Program-made: the position numbers and the translations under genes | Part shown: positions 9,178 through 17,986 of the stretch, in pieces | Position numbering within the stretch: the stretch's first letter is position 1 | How the letters are laid out: each line of letters opens with the position of its first letter | The notes under the pieces: generated by a model | Told to the model about the DNA's origin: nothing | Databases searched by the model: none | The model's input: the letters and a program-made list of their open reading frames with translations, nothing else | Source of the DNA: Candidatus Parcubacteria bacterium | Lineage (GTDB): Bacteria; Patescibacteriota; Minisyncoccia; UBA9983 | DNA: 47,755 nucleotides | Reading direction: 5' to 3' | Assembly (NCBI GenBank): GCA_003599625.1 | Contig: QZIU01000017.1 | Location: 1-47,755 of the forward strand

Positions 9178-9936
9178 CTAGTCAGGCCGAATATCCGAAA
9201 TAAGTCTTTCCACCTCTTCCACTATCCTCCTTAAAAGCTCCCTTAGCTGCTCCAATACCGGCAATAATTTTTCTCTATCGATCGGACCTCCGAAAACTTC
9301 ATTTATCTTCGCTATTGTTCTTGGCCCGGCTAACCCAAAGCCCGTGGTTTCCGGCGTTCCGGATGTTACAATATCGTATCTGATCTGAAATCTTTGGACT
9401 GCCTGAACGGTCAACGGACCATAGAAACCGGTAACCAGCCCTTCCGGATAAATAGTGGCGTCTCTAGCCAAAGTCATTTGCAAAATCCTGACTTGATCGG
9501 AAGTTTCCCCCACTCTAAACGGCCCCGTAACTATCTGCCTTGGCGCGCTTGAAACGCTCGAAAAGCTGGAAGCTGACGATGAAACCGAAGACACCGAGGA
9601 AGCGGAAGACATTGAGGAAACGCTTGAAGCGCTGCTCAAAGAAGAACTGACTGAGGAAAACGAGCTGGAGATAGAGCTCATTGAACTCATAGAACTCATA
9701 GAACTTGCCGATATGCTCGACATCGAACTTGCCGAACTGGAACTTAAAGAACTTAAGGAACTTAAGGAATAAGAAGATTGGGAACTGAAGCTGGAAAGAG
9801 AGGATGTTTGAGCCTGAGCGATCTGTCCGGGCAAGCCCAAAGGCGGATCGACTTTAAACAAATCGGCCGAAACAACCGTAATGAATCCCAAAAAAGAAAA
9901 AACGGTTATCGCATGAAAAATTATTTGCTTCATCAT
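9178..9936 (-). CDS. Secreted Ser-rich protein with putative peptidoglycan-binding domain
   Basis: Signal-peptide-like N-terminus, Ser tract, VRILQMTL...TGFYGPLTVQAVQRFQ...GLAGPRT pattern of PG_binding_1-like domains. Confidence 0.8.
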   Translation of the reverse strand: MMKQIIFHAITVFSFLGFITVVSADLFKVDPPLGLPGQIAQAQTSSLSSFSSQSSYSLSSLSSLSSSSASSMSSISASSMSSMSSMSSISSSFSSVSSSLSSASSVSSMSSASSVSSVSSSASSFSSVSSAPRQIVTGPFRVGETSDQVRILQMTLARDATIYPEGLVTGFYGPLTVQAVQRFQIRYDIVTSGTPETTGFGLAGPRTIAKINEVFGGPIDREKLLPVLEQLRELLRRIVEEVERLISDIRPD

Positions 9937-10079
9937 ATTTTTGATCTTTATCTTTATTTAATTGATTAATGAAAACAGGCGCAAAGCACCTTATCACTTA
10001 AAGATAACAAAAATGGAAAGAGAAAGATTTCTTTTGCAAAGGTCTAAAAAATGGATTATTATTGGCGAATGGATCATAT

Positions 10080-10150
10080 CGGGCTGTAGTATACCGGTAG
10101 TACGCGCCCATGGGGTGGGTGTAGACCGGGTTCGATTCCCGGCAGCCCGA
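10080..10150 (+). tRNA. tRNA-Pro (GGG)
   Basis: Acceptor CGGGCTG/CAGCCCG, anticodon arm CGCCC-ATGGGGT-GGGTG, T arm CCGGG-TTCGATT-CCCGG. Confidence 0.93.
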
Positions 10151-10152
10151 AC

Positions 10153-10183
10153 TTGACCTTTTTCTATTTTTCAGTATTATAAT
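10153..10183 (+). promoter_or_regulatory. Candidate sigma70 promoter
   Basis: TTGACC followed after 16 nt by TATTAT (overlapping TATAAT), upstream of two + strand ORFs. Confidence 0.45.
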
Positions 10184-10237
10184 AAGCAAAGTTTCTTACA
10201 TTATTCGGTCTTTAAAAATTTTTTGGAGGGTTTTAAA

Positions 10238-10336
10238 TTGACTACCAGTTTGATTTTGTTTGGAATTGGACTTTTTGTTCTGGCAAATTTCTTTACTGTG
10301 ATTTTCTTAAAGGGGGTGACAAATGATGGCCGCTAA
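10238..10336 (+). CDS. Putative 32-aa hydrophobic peptide
   Basis: GGAGGG 7 nt before TTG; MTTSLILFGIGLFVLANFFTVIFLKGVTNDGR; overlaps the start of the next ORF. Confidence 0.4.
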   Translation: MTTSLILFGIGLFVLANFFTVIFLKGVTNDGR

Positions 10337-10823
10337 AAAAATAGGAATAATTTTAATAATATTATTTTTAATTTTTGTTTTTATGATCTCCGGGTGCGCG
10401 AGTACCAACGGGCATCAAGAGCAAAGATATAAACCACCTGCGCAAGAGACCTACATTTGTCCATTATGTTACAGTGAGATCCCTCTCTGCGACATAAGGA
10501 TGGACAGTCGGGCGGTTAACACTTGCCCCCACTGCCACAGGAGATTTCCGTACTCCCCGCCTCATCACCATGAGGAAAAGGGAAATTACCACCGTCCTCA
10601 ATATCGGGGATACGGCGGAGCGTACGGGCCGAGTACGCGGGGATACTCCCACACCCGATCCCAAACCTTCCAGAAAGGTGGATACACATATAAAGAAAGT
10701 CCGCCTGATAAAGAAGGGCCGGTATGGTTCTCGGAAAGTTATTGGTACTTCAGGGACCGCGATGTGGACCGCGATTATGTCCGATCGCGGTGGCGTACCA
10801 CCCGACGGTACCGTTACCCATGA
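10323..10823 (+). CDS. Putative lipoprotein with Zn-ribbon-like motif
   Basis: Signal peptide ending in lipobox-like ISGC; CPLC...CPHC; Tyr/Arg/Gly-rich tail; GGGGGTGA SD-like sequence upstream; terminator downstream. Confidence 0.7.
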   Translation: MMAAKKIGIILIILFLIFVFMISGCASTNGHQEQRYKPPAQETYICPLCYSEIPLCDIRMDSRAVNTCPHCHRRFPYSPPHHHEEKGNYHRPQYRGYGGAYGPSTRGYSHTRSQTFQKGGYTYKESPPDKEGPVWFSESYWYFRDRDVDRDYVRSRWRTTRRYRYP

Positions 10824-10831
10824 AACTTAAG

Positions 10832-10870
10832 GCGGGATGCGTTTTTTAAAAACGCATCCCGCTATTTTTA
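10832..10870 (+). terminator. Intrinsic terminator
   Basis: GCGGGATGCGTTTT...AAAACGCATCCCGC hairpin followed by TATTTTTA directly after the lipoprotein stop. Confidence 0.75.
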
Positions 10871-10894
10871 TTGCGGGAATCAGCTCAGCAATCT

Positions 10895-11046
10895 TGTGTA
10901 AAACTTTTCCAACCTGCCTGGTTGTCTTCAACCTGGAAGGTTGGTTGAGTTTTGCACAGATATTTATAATTCTCGCCTGTGGATAACTTTGCCGACCAGC
11001 CAGGTTTGAAACCCAACCAGGCAGGTCTTCAAAGTTACCCACAGGC
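10895..11046. repeat. Pair of related hairpin elements in opposite orientation
   Basis: 10895-10958 and 10975-11046 each carry CCTGCCTGGTTG...CAA(A)CCTGG inside outer stems ending TGTG/CACA; third copy at 17896-17969. Confidence 0.75.
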
Positions 11047-11049
11047 TCC

Positions 11050-11151
11050 CCTAGTCCCTTCTTAAGCCTAGTCCCTAGTCCCTTCTTAAGCCTAGTCCCT
11101 AGTCCCTAGTCCCTTCTTAAGCCTAGTCCCTAGTCCCTAGTCCCTTCTTAA
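11050..11151. repeat. Compound tandem repeat (CCTAGTC)n-CCTTCTTAAG overlapping the uvrC stop
   Basis: Four units with n = 1, 2, 3, 3 read directly from the sequence. Confidence 0.95.
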
Positions 11152-12306
11152 TTCCATCTTCTTCCTCCGTCTTCTGGCAAAGTTGGCAAAACGGTGGGCT
11201 TCGTCGCGGACCTTGAGCAAAGTTCCTTTTACCGCTTCGGCCAATTCCTTGAAAGACTTTGCCGCTCCGGCGGGGAAAACCAAATTATCTTTTTGGAGCT
11301 TGGAAATTCCCACGATCGGGATCCTTATCTTACTTTCTTCCAAAACCCTCGACACGAACAAAACTTGCGGCCTGCCGCCGTCTATCAGGATCAGATCGGG
11401 AGCTTGCCACTCAGGATGATTGAATCGTCTTTCGATCGTTTCCTTTAGCGCGGCAAGGTCGTCATTGGCCGGAGCTTCCTTGATTTTGAATAATCTATAC
11501 TCATCTTTATTTTCCCGTCCATCGGAAAAAACCACCATCGCGCCGAAAGTCTCTTTCCCGGCAAAATGCGATACGTCATATCCTTCAATCCGATTCAAAC
11601 CGCCCAAGAAACCATTCCCTTCTTCTTTTGACAGCAATGCCACATCCTGAATATGTTTGAGGCTTTCCGCCCTTTCCGGATTTTCCCTTACGAGCTTTTT
11701 AAGCAGGCGTTTCTTATCGCCTCGCAAAAACATCGCCAGATCCTTTATATTCTTTTGATAATCTTCCTTGCTTATCGCCCCTATGCAGATGCCAGGGCAA
11801 AGCCCGATCTGATAATGGAAGCATGGCTTGCCCTGATTCGGGACGCAAGTGCTGTACGGAAATATTCTTCTCGCTATCTTCAGAATTTCTTTTGCGATCC
11901 TCAAGCTTGTGAACGGGCCGAAAACTTCCGCCGAACCGTTGGAAAATTTGGAAAGTTCCTTACCCCTGACCACGATCGGCTTGGGATAGTCCTTCTTAGC
12001 GATCACGATATAAATGAAAGAGCGGTCATCTCTCTCCCTTACGTTATATTTGGGCCAATGCCTTTTGATCAGCTCCGCTTCCGATATGTATGATTCGAGA
12101 ACGGTGTCCGTAACTTGGTGTTTAATCTCACTGGCGGACTCGACCATTTCTTTTATTCTTGGGTCGATATCAAGACGAAAATAACTGGCCACCCTTCGTT
12201 TCAAAAAAGTCGCCCGGCCGACATAGAGGACTGAAGCCTTGTCGTCAAGAAACATGTATATACCAGGCTTGTTGGGTAATTTTTTAGCTTGATCAATAAT
12301 TCCCAT
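11137..12306 (-). CDS. uvrC: Excinuclease ABC subunit C, short form
   Basis: GIY-YIG domain (PGIY..LYVGRA), Cys cluster, RNase H-like domain (RIEGYDVSH, LIDGG, RDEAHRFA); no C-terminal HhH region. Confidence 0.88.
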   Translation of the reverse strand: MGIIDQAKKLPNKPGIYMFLDDKASVLYVGRATFLKRRVASYFRLDIDPRIKEMVESASEIKHQVTDTVLESYISEAELIKRHWPKYNVRERDDRSFIYIVIAKKDYPKPIVVRGKELSKFSNGSAEVFGPFTSLRIAKEILKIARRIFPYSTCVPNQGKPCFHYQIGLCPGICIGAISKEDYQKNIKDLAMFLRGDKKRLLKKLVRENPERAESLKHIQDVALLSKEEGNGFLGGLNRIEGYDVSHFAGKETFGAMVVFSDGRENKDEYRLFKIKEAPANDDLAALKETIERRFNHPEWQAPDLILIDGGRPQVLFVSRVLEESKIRIPIVGISKLQKDNLVFPAGAAKSFKELAEAVKGTLLKVRDEAHRFANFARRRRKKMELRRD

Positions 12307-12416
12307 AAACTCAAAACTTATAACTCAAAACTCAAAACCACAACTTAAAATTTCAAAACTGATTTGCTTTTACTTTTTAGTTGCAGTTTTGACTTTTGAG
12401 TTTTGACCTTTGACTT
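12307..12416. repeat. Heptamer-periodic inverted array (AAAACTC type)
   Basis: AAAACTC-like 7-mers on the left, GAGTTTT/GACTTTT-like 7-mers on the right; fills the uvrA-uvrC spacer. Confidence 0.8.
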
Positions 12417-12419
12417 AAC

Positions 12420-14924
12420 TTATTTCTTCAAACCGTGAATTTTAAGGTATTTCTTAAGATATTTTCCCGTTTCCGATTTCGTCTCCTTTGCCACTTCTTC
12501 CGGCGTTCCCGCGGCCACAAGACGGCCGCCCTTTTCTCCTCCTTCCGGACCCAGGTCCAATATATGATCGGCGCTTTTTATGACATGCATATTGTGCTCG
12601 ATGATGACCACCGAATTTCCTTTTTCCACGAGCTTGTTCAAAACCTTGAGCAGCAACTCGATGTCCTGATAATGCAAACCGACTGTCGGCTCATCCAAAA
12701 TATACAACGCCCGTTTGCCCAGCGGCCCCACCAGTTCCCTCGCCAATTTGATCCTCTGGGCCTCTCCTCCGGAAAGCGTCGTGGCCGACTGGCCAAGTTC
12801 CAGGTAACCAAGCCCCACTTCTTCCAAAACTTTGAGCTTGTCAGTGATCATATATATTCCGTCAAAAAATTCTTTGGCTTCCGAAACCGGCATCCTCAAA
12901 ACATCGCTGATATTCTTTCTCTTGTATTTTACCTCCAGCGTTTCTCGATTGAACCTCTTGCCATGGCAGACTTCGCACTCCACCGTGACGGCGGGCAAGA
13001 AGTGCATTTCTATCACCTTGAACCCCGCTCCTTCGCAGGCTTCGCATCTGCCGCCCGGACGGTTGAAAGAGAAACGGGAATGGGTATAACCTCGCTCCTT
13101 GGCCTCGGGCAAAGAAGCGTAAAAATCTCTTATGTGCGTAAAGATCCCCGTGTAAGTGGCCGGATTCGATCTTGGGCTTCGCCCTATCGGGGACTGATCC
13201 ACCATCACGATCTTATCGATATATTCGGCGCCAAAGACTTTGCTTGCATTTTCCAACGGCTCATTGATCCGCGATTTGATCCTGTTCAAGTTTTTGTACA
13301 ACACGTCATAAAGAAGAGTCGACTTGCCGCTGCCTGAAACTCCGGTTATGCAAACAAGTTTCCTTAAAGGAATCTCGGCATTCAAGTTCTTCAAATTATT
13401 GGCGGTCGCGCCGATTATTCTTATGCTCTCTGTCGTTTTTGTCCTTCTTGCCGGAATTTCTATTTTCCTTTTCTCTGTCAAATAATCCAAAGTCAAAGAT
13501 CTTGCCGGCGGCGCCTTCAATAACTTATCAAGAAAGCCTGAAGCCACTACCTCTCCTCCCTTTTTGCCCGCTTCCGGACCGAGATCAACCAGATAATCGG
13601 CGGCAAAGATAGTCTCCTCGTCATGCTCCACCACTATAACGCTGTTATTTTGGTCCCTTAACGATCTCAGCGTTCTTATAAGCCGATCCGTGTCGCGTTC
13701 GTGCAAACCGATTGTCGGTTCGTCCAAGACATAAAGAGTCCCCGACAATTTCGAACCGATCTGAGAAGCAAGTCTTATTCGCTGGGCTTCTCCGCCGGAC
13801 AAGGTCTCCGCCTCTCTCTCCATCGTCAAATAATCCAAACCGACTTCTAGCAGAAAACTCAACCTGTCGGTTATTTCTTTCACCACATTGATGGCGATCT
13901 TCTTGTCCCATTCCGACATCTTATCTTCATATTCGACGAAAAATTCATAAGCTTTTTCTATTGAGAGCGCCGCCACCTCCTGAATGTTTTTGTTTTTGAT
14001 TTTTACCGACAAGGCTTCCGGCTTCAATCTTTTCCCGTGACATTCCGGGCAAATCGTTCCCAAAAACAAATCCACTTTACCGAGGCCGTTGCAGGTCGGA
14101 CAAGCGCCGTATGGGCTGTTGAAGGAAAAAAGTCTCGGCTCCACTTCCGGAAAAGCGAAGTTATCAACCGGACAAGTCCAGTTGGCGGAAAGGAGAAGTT
14201 CCTCTTTCTGAAAAATAGCAGTCAACAGTCCTTTGCTCTGAGCAAGCGCGCTTTCCACCGCCTCGAAGAGACGCGTCTGATCGCTTATCATCACCCTGTC
14301 AATGACTATTTCAATAGTATGAGGTTTATATCTCGACAAAACGATCTTCTCGTGAAGACTGTGAAATTTTCCATCTATCCTGGCTTCGGAAAAACCGAGA
14401 TTAAGCATATTATACAGAAGCTGATAGTATTCCCCTTTGCGTCCGCGGACGACGGGCGACAAAATCATAGCTGTTTCCTCCTTCAGTTTTTTCGCCTTAT
14501 CGATTATGATATTCACCATCTCTTCCGGAGAAAGTTTTTGAATTCTGGTTCCGTCGTTGGGACAAAACACATCTCCCAGTCTGGCGTACAAAACGCGAAG
14601 ATAGTCGTAAATCTCGGTAAGGGTTCCGACGGTTGAGCGGGGGTTGTGAGAGAGGGCTCTTTGATCTATGGCGATGGCCGGAGAAAGTCCGATGATCTCA
14701 TCCACGTCGGGACGATCCATCTGGCCAAGGAATTGCCTGGCGTAAGGAGAAAGCGATTCGATATACCTTCTCTGGCCTTCGGCGAAAATCGTGTCAAAAG
14801 CCAGTGACGATTTACCCGAACCGGACACGCCCGTAAAGACCACCAACTTGTTCTTGGGAATTTCCAGTGAAACATTCTTCAGATTATGCACCCTCGCGCC
14901 TTTGATGATTATTTTGTCGTCCAT
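12420..14924 (-). CDS. uvrA: Excinuclease ABC subunit A
   Basis: Two ABC ATPase modules ([22 protein letters not shown]) and Zn-finger CxxC pairs. Confidence 0.96.
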   Translation of the reverse strand: MDDKIIIKGARVHNLKNVSLEIPKNKLVVFTGVSGSGKSSLAFDTIFAEGQRRYIESLSPYARQFLGQMDRPDVDEIIGLSPAIAIDQRALSHNPRSTVGTLTEIYDYLRVLYARLGDVFCPNDGTRIQKLSPEEMVNIIIDKAKKLKEETAMILSPVVRGRKGEYYQLLYNMLNLGFSEARIDGKFHSLHEKIVLSRYKPHTIEIVIDRVMISDQTRLFEAVESALAQSKGLLTAIFQKEELLLSANWTCPVDNFAFPEVEPRLFSFNSPYGACPTCNGLGKVDLFLGTICPECHGKRLKPEALSVKIKNKNIQEVAALSIEKAYEFFVEYEDKMSEWDKKIAINVVKEITDRLSFLLEVGLDYLTMEREAETLSGGEAQRIRLASQIGSKLSGTLYVLDEPTIGLHERDTDRLIRTLRSLRDQNNSVIVVEHDEETIFAADYLVDLGPEAGKKGGEVVASGFLDKLLKAPPARSLTLDYLTEKRKIEIPARRTKTTESIRIIGATANNLKNLNAEIPLRKLVCITGVSGSGKSTLLYDVLYKNLNRIKSRINEPLENASKVFGAEYIDKIVMVDQSPIGRSPRSNPATYTGIFTHIRDFYASLPEAKERGYTHSRFSFNRPGGRCEACEGAGFKVIEMHFLPAVTVECEVCHGKRFNRETLEVKYKRKNISDVLRMPVSEAKEFFDGIYMITDKLKVLEEVGLGYLELGQSATTLSGGEAQRIKLARELVGPLGKRALYILDEPTVGLHYQDIELLLKVLNKLVEKGNSVVIIEHNMHVIKSADHILDLGPEGGEKGGRLVAAGTPEEVAKETKSETGKYLKKYLKIHGLKK

Positions 14925-14929
14925 AATTT

Positions 14930-15808
14930 TTATATTCCAAACAGCTCCCGCGCGTTTTTTGTTGTTTGCCCGGCAACCTTGTCAAAAGACAAACCTTTTA
15001 TCTCCGCGACTTTTTGAGCCACGTACTTAACATACGATGGCTCATTTTTTTGGCCCCGGCGCGGAACAGGAGCCACATACGGGCAATCCGTTTCCACCAA
15101 AATTTTTTCCAACGGGATTTGCCTTACAATTTCGGCGTATTCATTAGCGCTTGCCCGCCGAAGAGGCGGGAAAGTAATTACCCCGGAAAAAGAAATATAA
15201 AATCCCAAATCGATATACTTTTTTGCCTGCTCTAACGTGCCGCTGAAAAAATGCATAACACCCCTATCTTGTAACGCAAAACTTGTAACTTGTAACATAT
15301 CGATAAGGGCATCATGAGCATCACGACAGTGAATTATTAATGGCTTTCTTACTTCGTTGGCAAGCTGGATGTGTTTCAGAAAAATCTCTTTTTGCTTTAC
15401 TTTAAAACTTTGAACTTTAGACTTTTCCCTCGCTTGATTTTCGCTTCTGAAGTGAAAATCAAGCCCGCATTCTCCTATAGCGACCACCTTTTCATCCTTG
15501 GCTAATTTTAAATACAGATCATGATCAAATTCCTCAGATCTGCTTTTGTATTTTATTTCTTCCCCTGATTCCTGGTAATCGACTTGTTGATCCTCCAAAT
15601 GAGAGGGATGCAACCCAATGGCAGCAAAGATTCCTTGCTCATATTTTTTTGCTATCTTTACAGCTCTTTCGGAGGTCTCTCTTTGAGCCCCCACATTTAT
15701 CATCCACACCCCCTCGTCAAGCGCTCTTTTTATCACTTCATCCTGATCGTTTTTGAAGTCATGAAAGTTAACATGCGCGTGAGTATCAATCAATTTTGGC
15801 TGTGTCAT
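14930..15808 (-). CDS. tatD: TatD-family nuclease with three short repeat-derived insertions
   Basis: [34 protein letters not shown] motifs. Confidence 0.92.
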   Translation of the reverse strand: MTQPKLIDTHAHVNFHDFKNDQDEVIKRALDEGVWMINVGAQRETSERAVKIAKKYEQGIFAAIGLHPSHLEDQQVDYQESGEEIKYKSRSEEFDHDLYLKLAKDEKVVAIGECGLDFHFRSENQAREKSKVQSFKVKQKEIFLKHIQLANEVRKPLIIHCRDAHDALIDMLQVTSFALQDRGVMHFFSGTLEQAKKYIDLGFYISFSGVITFPPLRRASANEYAEIVRQIPLEKILVETDCPYVAPVPRRGQKNEPSYVKYVAQKVAEIKGLSFDKVAGQTTKNARELFGI

Positions 15809-17663
15809 CTTTTTTAGTCTGAGGAATTTCTAAAAATCTTTTAATTTCTTTTTTGATCGTTTGCGGCGTGATTCCGTGTTTCTTATTATAATCCGTCTGG
15901 ATTTTCCGTCTTCGCTCCACAATGTCGATAGCCCGCTTTATCGAGCCGGTAACATTGTCCGCGTAGAGAATAACTTTGCCGCTGACATTCCTCGCCGCCC
16001 TTCCCATTGTTTGAACCAGAGAAGATTCGCTCCGCAAAAACCCCTCCCTGTCCGCGTCCAGTATAGCCACCAGCGCCACTTCCGGCAAATCAAGTCCTTC
16101 CCTGAGAAGGTTGACCCCCACCAAAACGTCGAATCCGCCATTGGCTGAACCTTTCCTGAAATCCAAAAGAATATCGGTCCGCTCTATTGTCTTTGTGTCC
16201 GAATGCATGAATCGGGCATTGACGCCTTTTTTGTTCAAAAATTCGGACAGCTCTTCCGCCATCTTTTTCGTAAGAGTGTTGGCAATCGCGCGTTCGCCCT
16301 TGCTTATCGCCGCGGCTATTTCTTCGATAATGTCGTCGATCTGCGTTCTCCCCGTTTTCTTGTCGAAAACGGGCTTCACTTCGATCGGGGGATCGATCAG
16401 ACCCGTGGGCCTGATTATCTGCTCGACGACTTGCGAAGAATTTTCCATCTCGAAAGATCCCGGCGTGGCTGACGTAAAAATTACCTGCCCGACCAGATTC
16501 TCGAACTCCGAGAATTTCAAAGGACGGTTATCCAAAGCCGAAGGCAATCGCCAGCCGAACTCCACGAGCGATTCTTTTCTTTTTTTATCCCCTTCATACA
16601 TGCCCCTTATCTGAGGCGCGCCGATATGCGATTCATCGATGACCGTGAGAAAGTTCGGCTTGCCGTCTTTCGATCGAGTAAAGTAAGAAAGTAAAGTATC
16701 CGGCGCTTCCCCTGGCAATTTGCCCGTCAGATGCCTTGAATAATTCTCCACGCCGTGACAGTACCCCAGCGTCTTCAACATTTCCATATCATACCTCGTC
16801 CTTCTTCTCAACCGCTCCGCTTCAATGACCAATCCCTTTTTGTCGAAATAATCCAACCGCTCATCAAGCTCTTTCTTGATATTATCCAAAGCCTCCTTCA
16901 TCTGGGGAGCGGAAGTGATGAAATGCTTCGGCGGGAAAATGATTGCTTCCTTCGGCTCATCCTTGATCCGCCTTGTCAACGAGTCGATTATCTTTATCGA
17001 AACGATTTTCTGATTCTCTAGGGCAATCTGATAAAACATGGAGGCATCCGCCGCGGGAACGACATCAAAAATATCCCCTCGAACCCTGAACTGCCCTCTT
17101 TTAGGCGCCACTTGGTTTCTGGAAAACTGCATCTTTACCAGCTGTCGGATGAGATCGCCCCTCGTGATGGGCTTGTCCAATTCCAGATGCAGGGCCGACT
17201 CCATGTAATTCAGCGGCACGCCCAAGTTGTATATACAGGAGACGGAAGCCACGACAACGACATCCTTTCTGGTCATCAAAGCGGTGGTGGCTTGATGCCT
17301 CAATTTGTCTATTTCTTCGTTGATCATGGCCTCTTTTTCAATATAAGTATCGGTCGTAGGCAAGTAAGCTTCCGGTTGATAATAATCGTAATAAGAAACG
17401 AAATAATTCACCGAGTTCTCCGGAAAGAAAGTCTTGTACTCGTGATAAAGCTGCGCGGCCAAAGATTTGTTTGGCGCCATCACCAAAACAGGCATATCAA
17501 AATGACTTATCGCATTGGCCACCGTGAAGGTCTTGCCGGAACCGGTAACGCCTAAAAGCGTCTGGTATCGGTAACCTTTTCTTATTCCTTCGATCAACTT
17601 CTTGATAGCTTGGGGCTGATCGCCCGACGGCTTATAATCGGCGCGCAATTTGAATATCGGCAT
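15786..17663 (-). CDS. uvrB: Excinuclease ABC subunit B
   Basis: GVTGSGKT, YYDYYQPEAY, DESH, NLLREGLDLPEV, QTMGRAAR; start set at ATG 17663 (track start 17711). Confidence 0.96.
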   Translation of the reverse strand: MPIFKLRADYKPSGDQPQAIKKLIEGIRKGYRYQTLLGVTGSGKTFTVANAISHFDMPVLVMAPNKSLAAQLYHEYKTFFPENSVNYFVSYYDYYQPEAYLPTTDTYIEKEAMINEEIDKLRHQATTALMTRKDVVVVASVSCIYNLGVPLNYMESALHLELDKPITRGDLIRQLVKMQFSRNQVAPKRGQFRVRGDIFDVVPAADASMFYQIALENQKIVSIKIIDSLTRRIKDEPKEAIIFPPKHFITSAPQMKEALDNIKKELDERLDYFDKKGLVIEAERLRRRTRYDMEMLKTLGYCHGVENYSRHLTGKLPGEAPDTLLSYFTRSKDGKPNFLTVIDESHIGAPQIRGMYEGDKKRKESLVEFGWRLPSALDNRPLKFSEFENLVGQVIFTSATPGSFEMENSSQVVEQIIRPTGLIDPPIEVKPVFDKKTGRTQIDDIIEEIAAAISKGERAIANTLTKKMAEELSEFLNKKGVNARFMHSDTKTIERTDILLDFRKGSANGGFDVLVGVNLLREGLDLPEVALVAILDADREGFLRSESSLVQTMGRAARNVSGKVILYADNVTGSIKRAIDIVERRRKIQTDYNKKHGITPQTIKKEIKRFLEIPQTKKDDTAKID

Positions 17664-17702
17664 ATAAAGCCTTATTACACCAAAAAACCGCCTGGCGGTC
17701 AA

Positions 17703-17742
17703 TGTCTTCAAGGTTAAACCTCGAGTTTTAACCTTGAAGACA
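17703..17742. repeat. Hairpin upstream of uvrB
   Basis: TGTCTTCAAGGTTAAA-CCTCGAGT-TTTAACCTTGAAGACA, 16-bp perfect stem. Confidence 0.75.
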
Positions 17743-17895
17743 ACCTTTTCCTGATTTCGTCAATATTTCGAAAAAACTGTCGCTTGATAAAATATAAAGA
17801 TGTTCAATAAGACATCTCTGAAGTTTGTTTTAGGTTTCCTGCTTATACTCTTTTTGAGTCTGGTGAGTTTGGCGGTGGTGCGAAGCATGCAGTAA

Positions 17896-17969
17896 AATTT
17901 TTGGCAGTCCTGCCTGGTTGCCTGCCTGCCGGCAGGCAGGTCTTCAACCTGGAAGGTCGGCCAAAAATT
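17896..17969. repeat. Hairpin element containing an inserted 20-bp palindrome
   Basis: CCTGCCTGGTTG[CCTGCCTGCCGGCAGGCAGG]TCTTCAACCTGGAAGG; uninterrupted version at 10913-10940. Confidence 0.9.
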
Positions 17970-17986
17970 GGCAAGAACCTCCATCG

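Noticed and set aside
10827-11042. 71-aa ORF between the lipoprotein gene and uvrC
   Set aside because: Made of a terminator and two repeat hairpins; no protein-like features
10975-11046. Replication origin based on DnaA-box-like sequences
   Set aside because: Only one perfect box, embedded in a repeat hairpin; no dnaA/dnaN nearby and no lasting switch in gene orientation
11050-11151. CRISPR array
   Set aside because: Units are 7 and 10 bp with no unique spacers, and there are no cas genes in the window
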